A DNA stretch of 64,000 bases, taken from NCBI GenBank assembly GCA_964016885.1, contig OZ024743.1, forward strand, positions 285,076,001 through 285,140,000, given 5' to 3'. The stretch's first letter is position 1, and each line of letters starts with the position of its first letter. A program made the translations under genes and the position numbers. Positions 1 to 12,362 of this stretch are shown piece after piece. Origin of the DNA: Eledone cirrhosa (Eukaryota). A model generated the notes under the pieces. That model was not told the DNA's origin and made no database searches. It saw only the letters and a list, made by a program, of their open reading frames with translations.

Positions 1-2152
1 GATGTTATATTTTTAATCCAATACCCCTGCACACCATCTGGGCCTGGTGATTTCCAGTTGGTTAGTTTTTTGGTCTGCCCCCTAAGAGTTTCAACTGTGA
101 TACTCAAATCAGTTTGTTGGTGTGCCTGTTCACTAATCTTCCTTTGTACTGTCTCAATCCACACTCCCTGGTCATTATGTTTAACATCCTGCTCCCATAT
201 TCCTCTCCAGAATGTCTTAGTTTGTTCCGCCTCAGGGATCAAGTCGTTGCCTCTTTCTTTCCCTTCAAGCTGTCCAAACAGCATCTTCTGGTTGTTGTCA
301 AACATGCAGTTCTGTCTATACTGACTGACTCTGCTCTCATATCGCCTAATTTTTTCACTCTTTGCTACAATGCGTTGCTTCAGTTCCTCTATGATAATAT
401 TTAGCGTTTTCCTCCTAGTTTTGTACTTTATTTCCAGTCTATTTTTAGTGTGTATGTTTTTTAGTGTCCCATTCAGTAGGGACTCAAGCTTTCCAATGTC
501 ATTTCTCATTTCCCTGATTTGACCATTCAGTCGTTTCTTCCACCAAGTTTCTGATCTTTCTTGTTTGTTGTTTCCTCTCGCTTTTATGCCAAGTAATTTC
601 CTCACCACAATTGCTGTTACTTTGAGGATATTGTTGCACTGGTGAAGGCTCCTCGCCTCGAGGTATGGGATGACTTTGTTTACCTTAGCTGTTGTTTCTT
701 TTAACTTTTTCTTGACTACAAATCTTAGGTTCATAGGTTTCCCACTATCATTGTTCATTTCATCTACCACTAAGTTTAGGATATCAACCAAATCTTGTCC
801 TAGCCCATCAGCATTCATCTCCTCAATGGCTGTATCTTTGTTCCAGGTATTATTTATTTCAGCATTCAGATCATTGTCTCAACCTCTTCACCTTCATTTC
901 CCACTGGCCCGTTTGCCTGGCATACTCCACTCTCCATTTCCAACCTAATCTCTCTGCTCAGTTCCTCCAGTTCCAGCTCGCTTATCCACCCATTAGTTCT
1001 TATTACCCGAGCCTGCCCGGCCAATTTTTGTTCATCTAATTTAAATAGACCAATCTCGTTCCAGATATTATGCATCCGTTTCCTATAGCCTTTTTCCTTG
1101 GGGTTACTCTTCAGGTAACATTGCATAACAGTTCTATTCAATTCTTTCGTCCAGTTGGTTCTGGTCCCTTTCCTTCTTCTTCTTCCTCTGACACCAGCAG
1201 TATTTGGTTGACAGCCAGGTCCCTGCTGCTGAGCCAGGGAGCACCTGCTGGGTGAGAGTCTGTCACATGACATTCCAGTCTCCACTTCACCGTTATTCGA
1301 ACTGTTTAAACACTCTTATCGAGGATTGGTGAATGTATGGTTACATAACCACCGGTGATTTTAGCGTGGCACTATCACGCTGTAGACGAACATAAATAAA
1401 CAAACAAACAAATAGGTAAAAACCCCAAAAAATAAGCATAAGTTTCATTGTAATGTAATGTTTGAATGTCTGACTTAGTTTTTTTGCTTGTCCGTCTGTC
1501 TCTTTGTTTTTCTTTTCTTTTTTCTTTTCTTTACGTTTTTCGATGCTGCTGTGCTGATTTTGATATTTTGATTTTTTGACCGGGTCATCAAATCAGTCTA
1601 TTTATATCTTTTGATGCCTTCCTCATTTAGCAGGAATACTACGATGCCTGTCTTAGCAGGAGGTAGTGGGAGAGAATAGTGGCGGTAGCGATAATGAGGC
1701 AGTGGTGGTGGTGGTGATGTGCTAGTAGTACCTAGCAGGAGGTAGTGGGAGAGAATAGCGGCGGTAGCGATAATGAGGCAGTGGTGGCGGTGATGTGATC
1801 GTAGTACTGTAGTGATGGTGTTGAAGTTGAAGTAGAAATAGAATTTGAGGTAACTTGACTAGATTTTTTGGCGTGGTAGTGGTGATGGTGGCGGTGGTGG
1901 TGTAGGTGGTGAAATTATTTGCCTGTCTGTCTACTTAGCCATTTTTCTCTTTTTAGACTATAACATTTCTGATCCAAAATTAAATATTAAGTATTGGGGC
2001 CCTATGCCGTAATGCGATGCGTTGTCGCTTGCTGAGAGTCAAAACTGTAATCTTATATTTCATTTGTAATAAGAATTATTCTATCAAAGTTGTTTTAAAT
2101 AAGTAAAAATCAAAAGCTTACGGGAGCAATTCCATAACGATATATATCCACC
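1..2152 (-). mobile_element. R4/Dong-clade RLE non-LTR retrotransposon, family 1, copy A: 5' UTR and N-terminal part, continuing beyond the window start
   Basis: Bases 1-1670 are near-identical to 56172-57922 of copy B. ORF 866-1285 has the R4/Dong N-terminal Myb-like motif (RTNWTKELNRTV..CY..GYRKRMHNIW). The 5' boundary at the (TTA)n is inferred. It has a ~30-bp deletion and has lost the copy-B start ATG. Confidence 0.85.
1654..1808. repeat. 79-bp tandem duplication in the Dong 5' region
   Basis: tagcaggaggtagtgggagagaatag...gtgatgtg..gtagtac starts at 1654 and again at 1733. Confidence 0.85.
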
Positions 2153-2200
2153 ATTATTATTATTATTATTATTATTACTATTATTATTATTATTATTATT
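2153..2200. repeat. (TTA)~16 microsatellite between the head-to-head Dong and Tx1 elements
   Basis: Read directly from the sequence. Confidence 0.95.
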
Positions 2201-2414
2201 GGCGACCTACATAGGAAATCGTATTATCGTCAGCTCAGCAAAGGTTTGTTGTTTTCAGTTGTTTCAAATTGCCATTTATGGAAAATTTTTGTTGTTAAGT
2301 GTTAAAAAGTTCACATATATTGCTTTCGGGAAAGGATACTCAAAGAGATTGGAGCCTTGAGCCCAAAATTTAAAATTTTATAATTATCAAACAAAAAATT
2401 TCTTTGAAAAAATC

Positions 2415-4389
2415 ATGGATGACTCACAGCCACACCAGGCTGACAGCCTTCCTCACAAACTAACACCTCACACCAACACCACCATTGTAAATATTACTAC
2501 GTTTGCCAACACTAAAAATATAAGCAGTAGCAATAATTTAAATTTGTCTCATGCAGACATTCATTTCCCGCCATTACCAAAAACTGCAGGTGTTAAAGCC
2601 GCCACCCCACCACCACCATAGCGACAACAGAAACAAAACAAAAAAATTATTATCTCGTGACATCGAAATGGATTCACCCAGAATCGACTCTTCCACACCG
2701 AACACCACTGACGCCACCACCACCACAATTGAAACTAAAAATAACAATAACAAAAATAACAATAACAACAACAGCAACAACAACAATGAGAATAACAACA
2801 AAAACATCAACACCACCGCAAATGTGTCGTTTGCCAAAGCAGCCAAGAAATGCGAAACAATCGAGGTAACTCAGGAGGAATTAAATGAAGCCAAGAGAAT
2901 GGTAAAGAAAGATGGGTACAGTGTCAGCCTCCCCCCCCCCCTAATAAAATGGAACATTGGGGCCTATGCACCGTGTCTTGTCGAACGATTAACGCAAAAT
3001 CGCGCCGAGTGGAATGGGCATCCGAGTCCCAAATCCAAAAAGCTTTGGGACATGTGTGGGTGAAAAAAAGCCACATCAAACGTGGGCAGAAATATGGAAC
3101 CGTGGGCGTGTTCTTTGGAACACCACAGGAGGATAGAGAGCACTCCATGGCCCCGTTAAGAAGCGACGACTTCACACTCGTCCCAAGCTATTGTGGCCAG
3201 AGACTCATGAAGATCAGGGTGACCCACGTTCCACCGGCCATCAAAATTCCCTGGCTAATGGCTGCCGTCTTCGCCGGCATCGAGGCCAACACCAAAATAA
3301 TTGAAATATCAAAAGAAAAGCAGGAGAACTGGTCCGGATTTGGGATGGAGCTCCTGATCCAAGTGGACCAAAAAAGCATTGAGGAAATCCCAGAGGTAAT
3401 AGACCTCACTGACGGCAGCCAGCTCACCATAATCGTCGAGGGTAGAAGGCCTAGGTGTATCGTTTGTGATGAAGGAACCCACCTAAAGGCTTTCTGCCCT
3501 CAGGCTAAAAAGTTGAGGCCACCTCTCTTACCCACCCCAGTGACTCAACCATCAACACCACCAGCAGCAGAAATGGCAGCAACAACTGTAGCAGCAACAA
3601 CAAAAGCAACTGTAGCAGCAACAACCCCAGTAACAGTAACAAAACCAACACCACCACCGCACCAAGACTAGCACCAGCGCCTCCACCATCCACCACGCCA
3701 CAACCAAAACCAACGCCGGTGCAGGATTTTCCACTCCCCGACCTATCGTAACTGGAGACAGATTGTGACGATGGGGAGTGGGAAACTGTATCAGGAAAAA
3801 AGAAAAAAACAAAAAGAAGCCAAAAAAGAAAAAATCTTCTTCCTTCCCCCTCCAAAAATAAAATACAGAGGGAAACAAATAAACTATCAAACAAAAAAGT
3901 TAGGACAGCTATGCCACCATACACACCAGCATTACCAACCCCATCACCACAAACACCAATACCATCACCACAAACACCAACACCATCACCATCATTAACC
4001 CCAACACCACCATCACCCGTCACCACAAAAGTCACCAAAAAGTGAAACAGAAACAAACCCACAACAAATGCAAACAAAATAACTAAAACAATACACACTA
4101 CACAGCATTAAATTTGAACAAAAACCAATTATTACACTACATCCAACACAACACAAGCATCACAGAAAAAGACTACACAACACCCCAAAAGTTCACACCA
4201 CCTCCACACATACAAATCACTCGCATCACACAGAAAACGTACACGACACTAAAACAAAAATTCCCCAAAGACATCGGAGACTTCCGACAAGCACTCTCCA
4301 GGAGGATTTATAAGGACATCCTTCCGGAGGAGGCCACAAGCAGTGAAAAGGATGGAGAAACCATCCTTCTTCTACGCGAAGTAAGGTAA
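2415..4389 (+). pseudogene. Tx1 ORF1 (gag-like), frameshifted: RRM-like region, CCHC knuckle, P/T-rich linker
   Basis: ORF pieces 2415-2621, 2551-3063, 2949-3671 and 4114-4389; CX2CX4HX4C knuckle CIVCDEGTHLKAFC. Confidence 0.85.
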
Positions 4390-4423
4390 GTGGTCTTTCC
4401 CATCTTTTCCACTCCTTTTCAAC

Positions 4424-7400
4424 ATGACCTCAGTCAGAATAGGCAGCACAAATGCGCGTGGCTTGGGGTCGTCATGGAAGCAGGGCCACCTGCTCAACGA
4501 CCTCAGGTTACTAAACATAGATGTAGTGGCCATCAGCGAGACTAGAATCTCCAGAGCACAGGCCTTCGCACCGATCTTCGGCGGCTACGATGTGTACGCA
4601 TCTCCCAGCCGTCCTGAATCGGGGGAGGAGTTGCTGTGCTTTTTGGAGAGGTTTGGATCTCGCCATACGGGCCATCTTCCTGGATCCAGAAGGTAAGTTG
4701 GTGGTGCTGGACGTGACCAGCGGAGATGGGCAAGCTTTCAGGCTAGTGGCCGTCTATGCCCGGGCAGGAGCAGGGCAGCCTGATTTCTTCCGGCGTCTGG
4801 AGACCTTTCTTGGAACGTCCTGCTCTTTAGTGTTAGTGGGTGACTAGAACGGGATCTTAGATGCACGCTGGGACTGTGTGGGATTAGCGGATAGGGGAGG
4901 AGGGTGCAAGAGCCTCACCAGCCTGCTCAGGCGTTTTGAACTGTCTGACAGGTACCAATTGGATTTCCCGAATGTGCCAATGTGGACCTGAACAAACCGC
5001 ATCGGGTCATCCAGATCATATCTAGATAGAGTATTTTGTAGGGAAATAGATAGGTCTAGCATAGGCTGTCCACAATTCAAGATAGTCTGCTACACGGACC
5101 ACAAATTTGTGATCTGTGTGCTTGACTTAGATAGGCTTCATAGACGAGGACCCGGCTACTGGAAGCTAAAAGCGTCCTTACCAGCGCGCAAGGCCTACAG
5201 AGACCGGATTAGCGAACTAGTTAAGCGGGCGTTGACGGGGGCCATCGTCGACAACAAGTGGTGGTTTGCTCTGAAAAGAGCAATTAGAATAGAGTCCATT
5301 AGGTTTAGTAAGGCTTTAGCAATAGAGAAAAATAGAGCAGAGGGAGAACTAGTTAGAAAATTAGACGAGGCGCTTAGCAAAGGCATCGCGACCGACGTAC
5401 TTGCGGCGAAATTGGCCCTTGACCAATTCTTCAATGCAAAGCACGAAGGCTGCGTTATCAGAGCTAGGGTGCGTGCTCTCAGACGCGAGGGGACGAAAGC
5501 CATTCAATGGGCCCGATGGCGGACGTGCGTCGTGGCAACAAAGCCACGATCCGGTCTTTGGTGGACCACGACGGGGACATGCTACTCAATCCCGGGCAAA
5601 TGTGTCAAGCTTTTCAGTGACACTTCGCACAGCTGTCTACCTCGACAGACTGCCACGGCTCTCGGCCACTGAGGCAGAGTGTTGCGAAAAGCCGATAACA
5701 GCCGCTGAAGTACAGGAGGCAATGACTGGCTGCACAAGGGGTAAATCGCCTGGTTTGGATGGTCTGCCCTATGAACTTTACGTACAGATGCCAGACTTGT
5801 TCGGAGGCCTCTTGGCGGACGTCTACAGCAACTAGTAACAGAACGGGAGAATTCCCAGCTCTGTGAGCCGAGGAGCTGTGGCGCTGCTGAGAAAGGATCC
5901 GAACAAGGGGGATAACATAGATAATTTCAGGCCCATAACTCTGCTAAACACAGAGTTCAAGATTTTGGCCAAGGTGCTAGCAAAGAGGTTGGCACTTGTC
6001 GTTGGTGGTCTAGTGGGAGAGGCGCAGACATGCGCCATTCTCGACAGATCGATCCACGACAACCTCCACCTCATGCGATACATCATAGAGAGGGTAGCTA
6101 GGGAACCTGGCACGGGTGGGTCCTTGATCAATTTAGATCAGTCGAAAGCTTTCGATAGGGTCGACCATCGTTACCTAGCGGCAGTCCTGAGGGCGGCTGG
6201 CTTTGGACCCATCTTCAGAGGCTGGATCGCTGCCATGCACAGCGACATCTGCTCTGTGGTGAGAGTGAACGGTCACCTTTCGGAACCGTTCAACATCATT
6301 CGCTCGGTCCGCCAAGGATGTCCCCTCTCGTCCCTCTTGTACGTATTGACTCTCGAGCCATTACTGCACAAACTGGAGACGTTGAGGAGCGTCCCGCGCG
6401 AACTAGGATGCGGAAGATCCGTGTCAGCATATGCGGACGATGTCACCGTAGTGGTGTCGAACGCCAAACACATCGAGGCGATCGGCACTACACTAAGAGA
6501 ATACAAAGCGGTGACAGGAGCAATGATCAACCAGGAAAAGTCAGTGGGCCTGCAGCTCAGCACCTGGAGAGGCAGATCCATGCCGTCCAACAACGTCGTC
6601 GGGTGCTGGACAGACGGACTGGTTAAATTGCTAGGGGTCTGGTTCGGTCCGGACCTCCAGACGGACAAAAGCTGGGACGAGGTGACGAGCAGGGTGGCTT
6701 CTCTCACCCAGAAATGGGCGGAGAGGAAGCTATCCCTGAAAGCTCGAGTGGAGGTGGCTAACGCGTATATCGCGTCCGTCATCTACTACCGCCTGACCGT
6801 CGTACCTTGTCCTAAGCCCCGCCTGACTGCGCTGGAGCGCTTGCTCTTTTGCTTTTTGTGGAAGGAACGCGCTCCGATGGTCAGGCGGTCCATCTGTTGT
6901 CAACACCTGCTAAATGGAGGGCTGGGCATGCCGTGGCTGATGATGCGCAGACACGCGCTCAGGCTACGACATCTCCACCTCTTCCTCGACGGTGATCAGG
7001 TGTGGTCGCCGTTTTTCTAGACGCGTCTTTCCCCAGCTCGTCTCCTTGACAGAGCTGCAGTCCTGCGTCAAGCGAAGACCAAGAGGGAGCGCTTGGAGAC
7101 TGGAATGTCTTCAGGCGCTCACAGCCCTCGACCAATTGGGCAATGTGATCGGTGGAAACTCCACCTTGGCGTTCTATAGAGGATTAGTGGAGGGGAAGAG
7201 CGACGACGTACTTGGAGAAATTCTAGGCGTCGACGAAAATCGACTAGCCAATCTCTTCGGAAGAACTTTCGGGCCGGGGCCTATGGACAACTTCCAGAAA
7301 TCCCTGGCCTGGCAGTGCTACCGAGGAGCTTTGCCAGTTCGGGATAAACTCTACAGGCATGGAGGTGCCGTCAGCCAGGCATGGAGGTGCCGTCAGCCAG

Positions 7401-7769
7401 GCATGTCAGAGATGCGCGCAGAGCGACGAAACCATCCTGCACGCACTCGTCCAGTGTCCGAGCATTGCTGACTTGTGGGTTTATGTCGAACACCTGCTAC
7501 CGCTGAGTCCATCGTGAGGATTGCCCTGCCCTCTTCTTTTAGCCGTAGTGGCTATGGTGAAAGAGATAGTATGGTGGACACGTTTGAAAGGGCTGAAGAC
7601 GAGCACTTACCTCTTCGGTGATGCCCTGATTAACTTTTTCAAATTTCATTTGAAAAGGAAAATCAGGGTAGAGAGGGGAGTGCTCTCTTCCCAGCATTTT
7701 GTTGAAAGATGGGTGAGAGAAGCAAGTATGGCCCGAGTGAATGGGCCTACTCTGAGTATGTGTCTGTAA
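4424..7769 (+). pseudogene. Tx1 ORF2 (APE endonuclease, RT, C-terminal zinc finger), disrupted
   Basis: IGSTNARGL, ISET, LVGD.NG, SYLDR and DH (APE); KSPGLDGL, FRPITLLN, DQSKAFD, RQGCPLS and AYADD (RT); several stops, frameshifts and small deletions. Confidence 0.92.
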
Positions 7770-8039
7770 ATTAAAGGTGGAAAACTGGGAGAGGGCACTT
7801 GCCCTGGTGGTCAGGGTCACTGTGGCCTTTTAATGGGCTTTCTCCACAAATGTCCCTCGGAAGTCTCCCCCCTATTGGGGAATTTTTCATTGTTATTTTT
7901 TTGTTACATCCTCTGTTTTTGGTTTTTTTTACACACAGAAATGCCCATTTGTACCGTCCTGTATTGTCCTTAATGTCTACTTATGTAAACCCTTGTGGTT
8001 AATAAAGAAACCATTATTATTATTATTATTATCCTCCTC

Positions 8040-8690
8040 CTTCTTCTTCTTCTCCTCCTCCTCCTCCTCCCCTACTCATTCCAGAGAGGGCCATAGAGGA
8101 AGAATCCTCAATTAGCCATCCCAAATTATTCTGGCTGGGTCTCCAGTCAACTGGTTTTGACCGTAAATTCTTTCCTGAGACATTCTAACCACGTGTCCAT
8201 AATATCAAAGCTGTGATCACTCAAATTCCAGCTAACTGATCCTACACCACCAGTCTTGATACCACTTCCAGCCCAGCTGTGCATTTCAATCCTGTCCATG
8301 AAGATTATGAACAGAAGAGGTGACATAAATCCCTCTTGGTAGTAGAGTCAGACACCAACATTGAATGGCTTCAACTTAGCACCATTTATCTGAACACAAA
8401 TATTAGGGCAATCGTGTAGAAACATTAGGGTAACAAGAAGCTATCCATCAATTCTATGCTGTTGCAGATCCTTCTTCCAAAGACATTCATAAATACACAC
8501 GGTATAAGAGGAATCGGGGACAGACATCAATAAATGATTTTGTTATTGTCTCTGATCTCTTCAATTCTGTACTAGATGTTTGTATTAAGAGAGGAGGTGA
8601 GCTATCAACAGATCTCCTTCTAGTTATCTGCAATCTATGACTACCTAAAGCCAAGAAAGCCCACAAAACTTGCAGGCCAGCTTGACCTAC
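8040..8690. mobile_element. Decayed RTE/Expander-type LINE fragments: RT and 3' end on the - strand (~8040-8480), endonuclease piece on the + strand (~8485-8650)
   Basis: Minus strand reads CVQINGAKLKPFNVGV..SPLLFIIFMDRI; plus strand reads HKYTRYKRNRGQTSINDFVIVSD..VLDVCIKRGGELSTD. Confidence 0.65.
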
Positions 8691-9807
8691 AGATATCTTT
8701 TTAAATCTTACTTAACCTATATAATAAAAGAAATCTTTTTCATTTCTTTTCTCTTGGATGAAGCAACAGTCCTGAAACATCAGATTCCTGTTCTCTTCAT
8801 GACATACTAATTTATTCAAACACAGAAACTTCATTAATATATAGTTATGTCATTGGCTAATTCCACTAGACCATAGGTGAGCTCTGCTTGAGCAGAGTTA
8901 TGGCATGGGTAGCTGCTTGAATGTTTAGCAAGCAACACCAAGTTCAAACAATATACTATGGCGTAGTGAGAGGTTTCATATGACATATCTATATACTTGC
9001 ATATGACAAAACACAAGCATTTTAAGACTATTTCCGCTGCTAAAGCAGGGGTTGGCCTTTGCCCCCCCCCCCCCCCCCCCCCCTCCATAACAAGCTTCTC
9101 TACCTTGACCTATTGCCTGCATCCCCCTCACCAATCCCCTGGTTTTCATTTCCTCCTCAATCATCCCCAGCTATTTTTTGGGGGGGTCTTTCCCTTCCTC
9201 TACCTCCTTCTACATTTATTTACATCATTCCTCTCACTCAGTCCCTTCCATCTTTCCTCATCACATGACCCAACCATCTCATTCCATTTCTCATTAAAAG
9301 GACCTCTTGATGAGTATAATAACATATACTTGTATATAAATTATATATAATTAGAAAGATATCAAAATCTACTTAACAATCTTACATTGAGAAGTGGCAT
9401 TTATTTATTTCCTACTTATATACTGAGATTGCAATGTTTCAAGTAATTTACATTATTATATTTTTTCAATATATTGTTTTGCTTTCTTCATGTGATTATC
9501 AAAATAACAACTCCATTTAATTTTCTAGATCAGTAGATAGCTTATGTCTCATTTAACTTCATATAGATCATATCTTCAATTTAGACTTATTTATTTGTCT
9601 ATGCCACATTTACTGACCTTTCGTTAAACATTTTTTTAATTGGAGATGGGCCATTTCTATTCTTAGTCTTCTTTTTAAATAGTATTCTGAAATAGGAGAA
9701 AAGATCTTGTCAATCATAAATTTTCCTCAATGCTTGTCATTCACAAAACATTATTGGTGCTAGTTTATAGTTTCTATACTTGCCTGACAGATTTCTTTTG
9801 CTGACAG

Positions 9808-9869
9808 ATGAGAGAGTCCATCTTATGTATGATAAGATCAGTGACAAAGATCAAAAGCTACCAACAACA
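9808..9869 (+). CDS. DCP1: Candidate internal DCP1 exon (xDERVHLMYDKISDKDQKLPTT)
   Basis: ttcttttgctgacag acceptor and ACA|GTAAGA donor; phase-0 end fits the next exon; no sequence motif recognised. Confidence 0.4.
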
Positions 9870-10185
9870 GTAAGATTATTGCACAAAATCATGAGTTTCT
9901 ATTTCCTGCACCTGACTACATCTTGGACACTTCCATCCAGCTGCCATACTTTTAGAGCTTGTTACAGTCAAGTAAAGCTCACTTGGTAAGAGGCTTTTAG
10001 AATAATGAAAATAAAAGCCCACCAGAAAAATGTTTGTAGTCTTTCTAATTCTCCATATCTAACACATTATTCAAGAACTTCAGCATTCATTTACCTTACT
10101 AATAACATGTAGAAGGATGATGAATCCAGTCCTCTGCTCACAATTACCAGCCAGCTGCCAGGAAATCATTCTTGATTTCCTTTAA

Positions 10186-10588
10186 CCCTTTAGCATTTAA
10201 ACTGGCCATATCCGGCCAGAACTCTCTCACCTCTTTCTGTTCAAACCATCTGTAATCAGTTACTTATACACTCATTAAGGTATTGTTCTCAAAATAAATA
10301 ATATCAAAATCTCATAGCTTCGATATTATGTAAGATAATAATTGTTTCTACTTTAGGCACAAGGCCAGCAATTATCCAGTGTATTACTGGTACTTTAGTT
10401 TATCGACCCCGTAAGGATGAAAGGCAAAGTCAACCTCGGCGGGATTTGAACTCAGATCGTAAAGGGACGTAACTATGCTGGAAAGCATGGCGTCCGACCC
10501 TCTACCGATACTGCCAATCCACAATGTGAGGTAAACCTTTACCATGAAAATATAATAGTATATATAGAGTCATGTAAATGCTAAAGGG
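10186..10588. mobile_element. piggyBac-type MITE with TTAA target-site duplication and a nested SINE
   Basis: TTAA-CCCTTTAGCATTTA ... TAAATGCTAAAGGG-TTAA; SINE-free copy at 27816-28002. Confidence 0.8.
10337..10521 (-). mobile_element. tRNA-derived SINE, family A, short subtype
   Basis: A box TGGCAGTATCGG, B box GAGTTCAAATCC, conserved core GCCTTTCATCCTTACGGGGTCGATAAA, tail GGCCTTGTGCCTAAAGTAGAAACAATT; about a dozen copies in the window. Confidence 0.85.
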
Positions 10589-11282
10589 TTAACCCAGTCC
10601 AAGAGTTCAACTATCTCCAAAAATAACAAACCTTTTTTCCCTGCATATGATCACAGCTATTCAACATATAGTGATTTCTGCAAGTACCTTAGCTTCAGTG
10701 TATAACTATGCATGTTTTAGTCTTGACACTCCAAGATCATCTTTGAGTGGTTGTTGGTAATAGATGATCTTTATGTAAAGCAGCAACTGGTCTAGTAATC
10801 CCAATATCTCCTTTTCCTGGAGTGTATTATGATGGCCATGGAAATTGGGATAGAGGAAATTAAATGTCTGGGTGTGATTTAGTGAGCTATATATAACATA
10901 TTTTAGCTGCCTTTTCTGTACATGAAATCTGATTATGTGGAGAAGCAACACCTTATCTCTCTGCTTGTCACTAAATTTTGTAAAGTCTATTGTTCCTAAA
11001 GATTTCTTCCTTATTACAAACAGATAACATTTACATTTATATATATATATATATATACATTATACTTTGGGAGGGTCATGCTGTCATTAAAAACACATGC
11101 ACCTGTTGCTTTTCACTTCAATTTATTATAAATTTCCAGTTGGTTGGTTCAATAACTGGATGGTTGTTTATAATTTGTCAAAGCTCTTTCATCATACATT
11201 CTGTTACCTCCTGAGTGACTGGGTTTTTATTTTGTGTCTCTCCTTTGTTCTGTCCTACACTATCTTGTTTTTATATATATAT

Positions 11283-11700
11283 ACTTGGTCTGGCAATAAA
11301 GTCTTTAGAATAGAAGGCTATGTGGCATATATAGCAGTAAATGTAGTTAATATCAGTTGGAATTTGGAATTTGAACTTTGTTGTACACATGTGATATTCT
11401 GTATGAATGCTGTATTTTATCACAGACCCATGCATAATGTCATTCTTGTGAGTGTATGATACACACATTGAATGGATTTAAGTCAAGAAAATTTTAGAGC
11501 ATATGTTTTCATTGAATGGAAACGAGGCAAATCAGCAACAAATATTATTGCACAATTGAAGGAGAGTGGAATTAACAATGTTCCAGCAAATTCAACCATT
11601 TATCATTGGATGAAACAATTCAAAGATGACAGTTGATCATCACTTATTGATACTCATCATTCTGGCTGCCCTTGCACAACTACTAGAAAAAAGAGGATAA
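11283..11700 (+). mobile_element. Mariner 5' fragment with transposase HTH remnant
   Basis: From ATG 11472: MDLSQENFRAYVFIEWKRGKSATNI..PANSTIYHWMKQFK...HSGCPCT. Confidence 0.7.
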
Positions 11701-12109
11701 GGTGATGGCTGAAATACCTTTGAGCAAATATTTGCTTGATCAGGACAGCAGCAATAACATCATAATTATTGATTGGTCATGGTGATTCTTACTAATCATT
11801 TTCTTTCTCTTGCATTCTCTCTTGTGTCTTCTTTACTATGTGTTATACAAACTTTTTTGTTATGTTAATTTACAAGGTAAATTGTAGTAATATCTTATTA
11901 TGTAGCTTTTCATTATTTCTCTTGCACCAGTGTTTTGTAGATTTATAAATATCATTATGATAAAATGCAAGTAAATTTATCCCACATGCCTCTACCATAA
12001 ATGAAACTTAAGGGTCATTCTGCTTTGTGGTCCTGGCAGACAGGATGGAGAAGACATTACCCCAGAAGATGGTGAGGTACTGTCTCAAAGAGCTTCTAGT
12101 TAAAGAACA

Positions 12110-12220
12110 TTAATTAACCCAGCCCTTTTTGGGGGAAACACTCCAGAAAGCATGCCTATTGGGAACAGCCAGGTCCTTCCAATACATCCTGAATATCTGA
12201 GGCTGCAGCCATTTGATTTC
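12110..12220 (+). mobile_element. Old Dong/R4 3'-end fragment next to the DCP1 acceptor
   Basis: LQKACLLGTARSFQYILNI* followed by ggctgcag, matching the family-1 C-terminus. Confidence 0.75.
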
Positions 12221-12244
12221 TTTCTTTTATTTTTTAATTTTCAG

Positions 12245-12362
12245 TCCACAACTACCACTTTACCTCCACTTACCAATAATAATAATCTTCTCTCTCCAAT
12301 GGCTTTTGTCTTACAACAAACTAAAGAAAAATCAGTTTCAAGTTCATCCAGTAATTCTCCAG
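12245..12362 (+). CDS. DCP1: DCP1 internal exon (STTTTLPPLTNNNNLLSPMAFVLQQTKEKSVSSSSSNSP)
   Basis: Strong polypyrimidine tract ending ttcag, CAG|GTAAAA donor, phase 0 to 1; LLSPMAF resembles the LLSPxxF motif of metazoan DCP1. Confidence 0.75.

Larger units (their letters stand above)
2201..8012 (+). mobile_element. Full-length, mutated Tx1-clade (L1-group) LINE, copy A
   Basis: Starts GGCGACC right after (TTA)n, as copy B does at 48083. Two-ORF layout. Ends AATAAAgaaacc followed by (ATT)n at 8013-8032. Confidence 0.93.

Noticed and set aside
2925-2950. Programmed frameshift in Tx1 ORF1, since both copies break at the same poly-C
   Set aside because: The two copies need shifts in opposite directions. 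The poly-G near 4620 and 50501 is G5 and G7 around an in-frame G6. This is homopolymer slippage.
6273-6782. Conserved antisense ORF in the Tx1 RT (also 52190-52699)
   Set aside because: Shadow frame of GC-rich coding sequence in closely related copies; no motif recognised.
8750-8790. Hammerhead ribozyme (GGATGA..CCTGAAACATC)
   Set aside because: Core and stems are broken; at most a decayed Penelope-like relic.
10440-10521. tRNA genes at A/B-box motifs, here and at 18700-18784
   Set aside because: These are heads of dispersed SINEs; no intact cloverleaf was seen.
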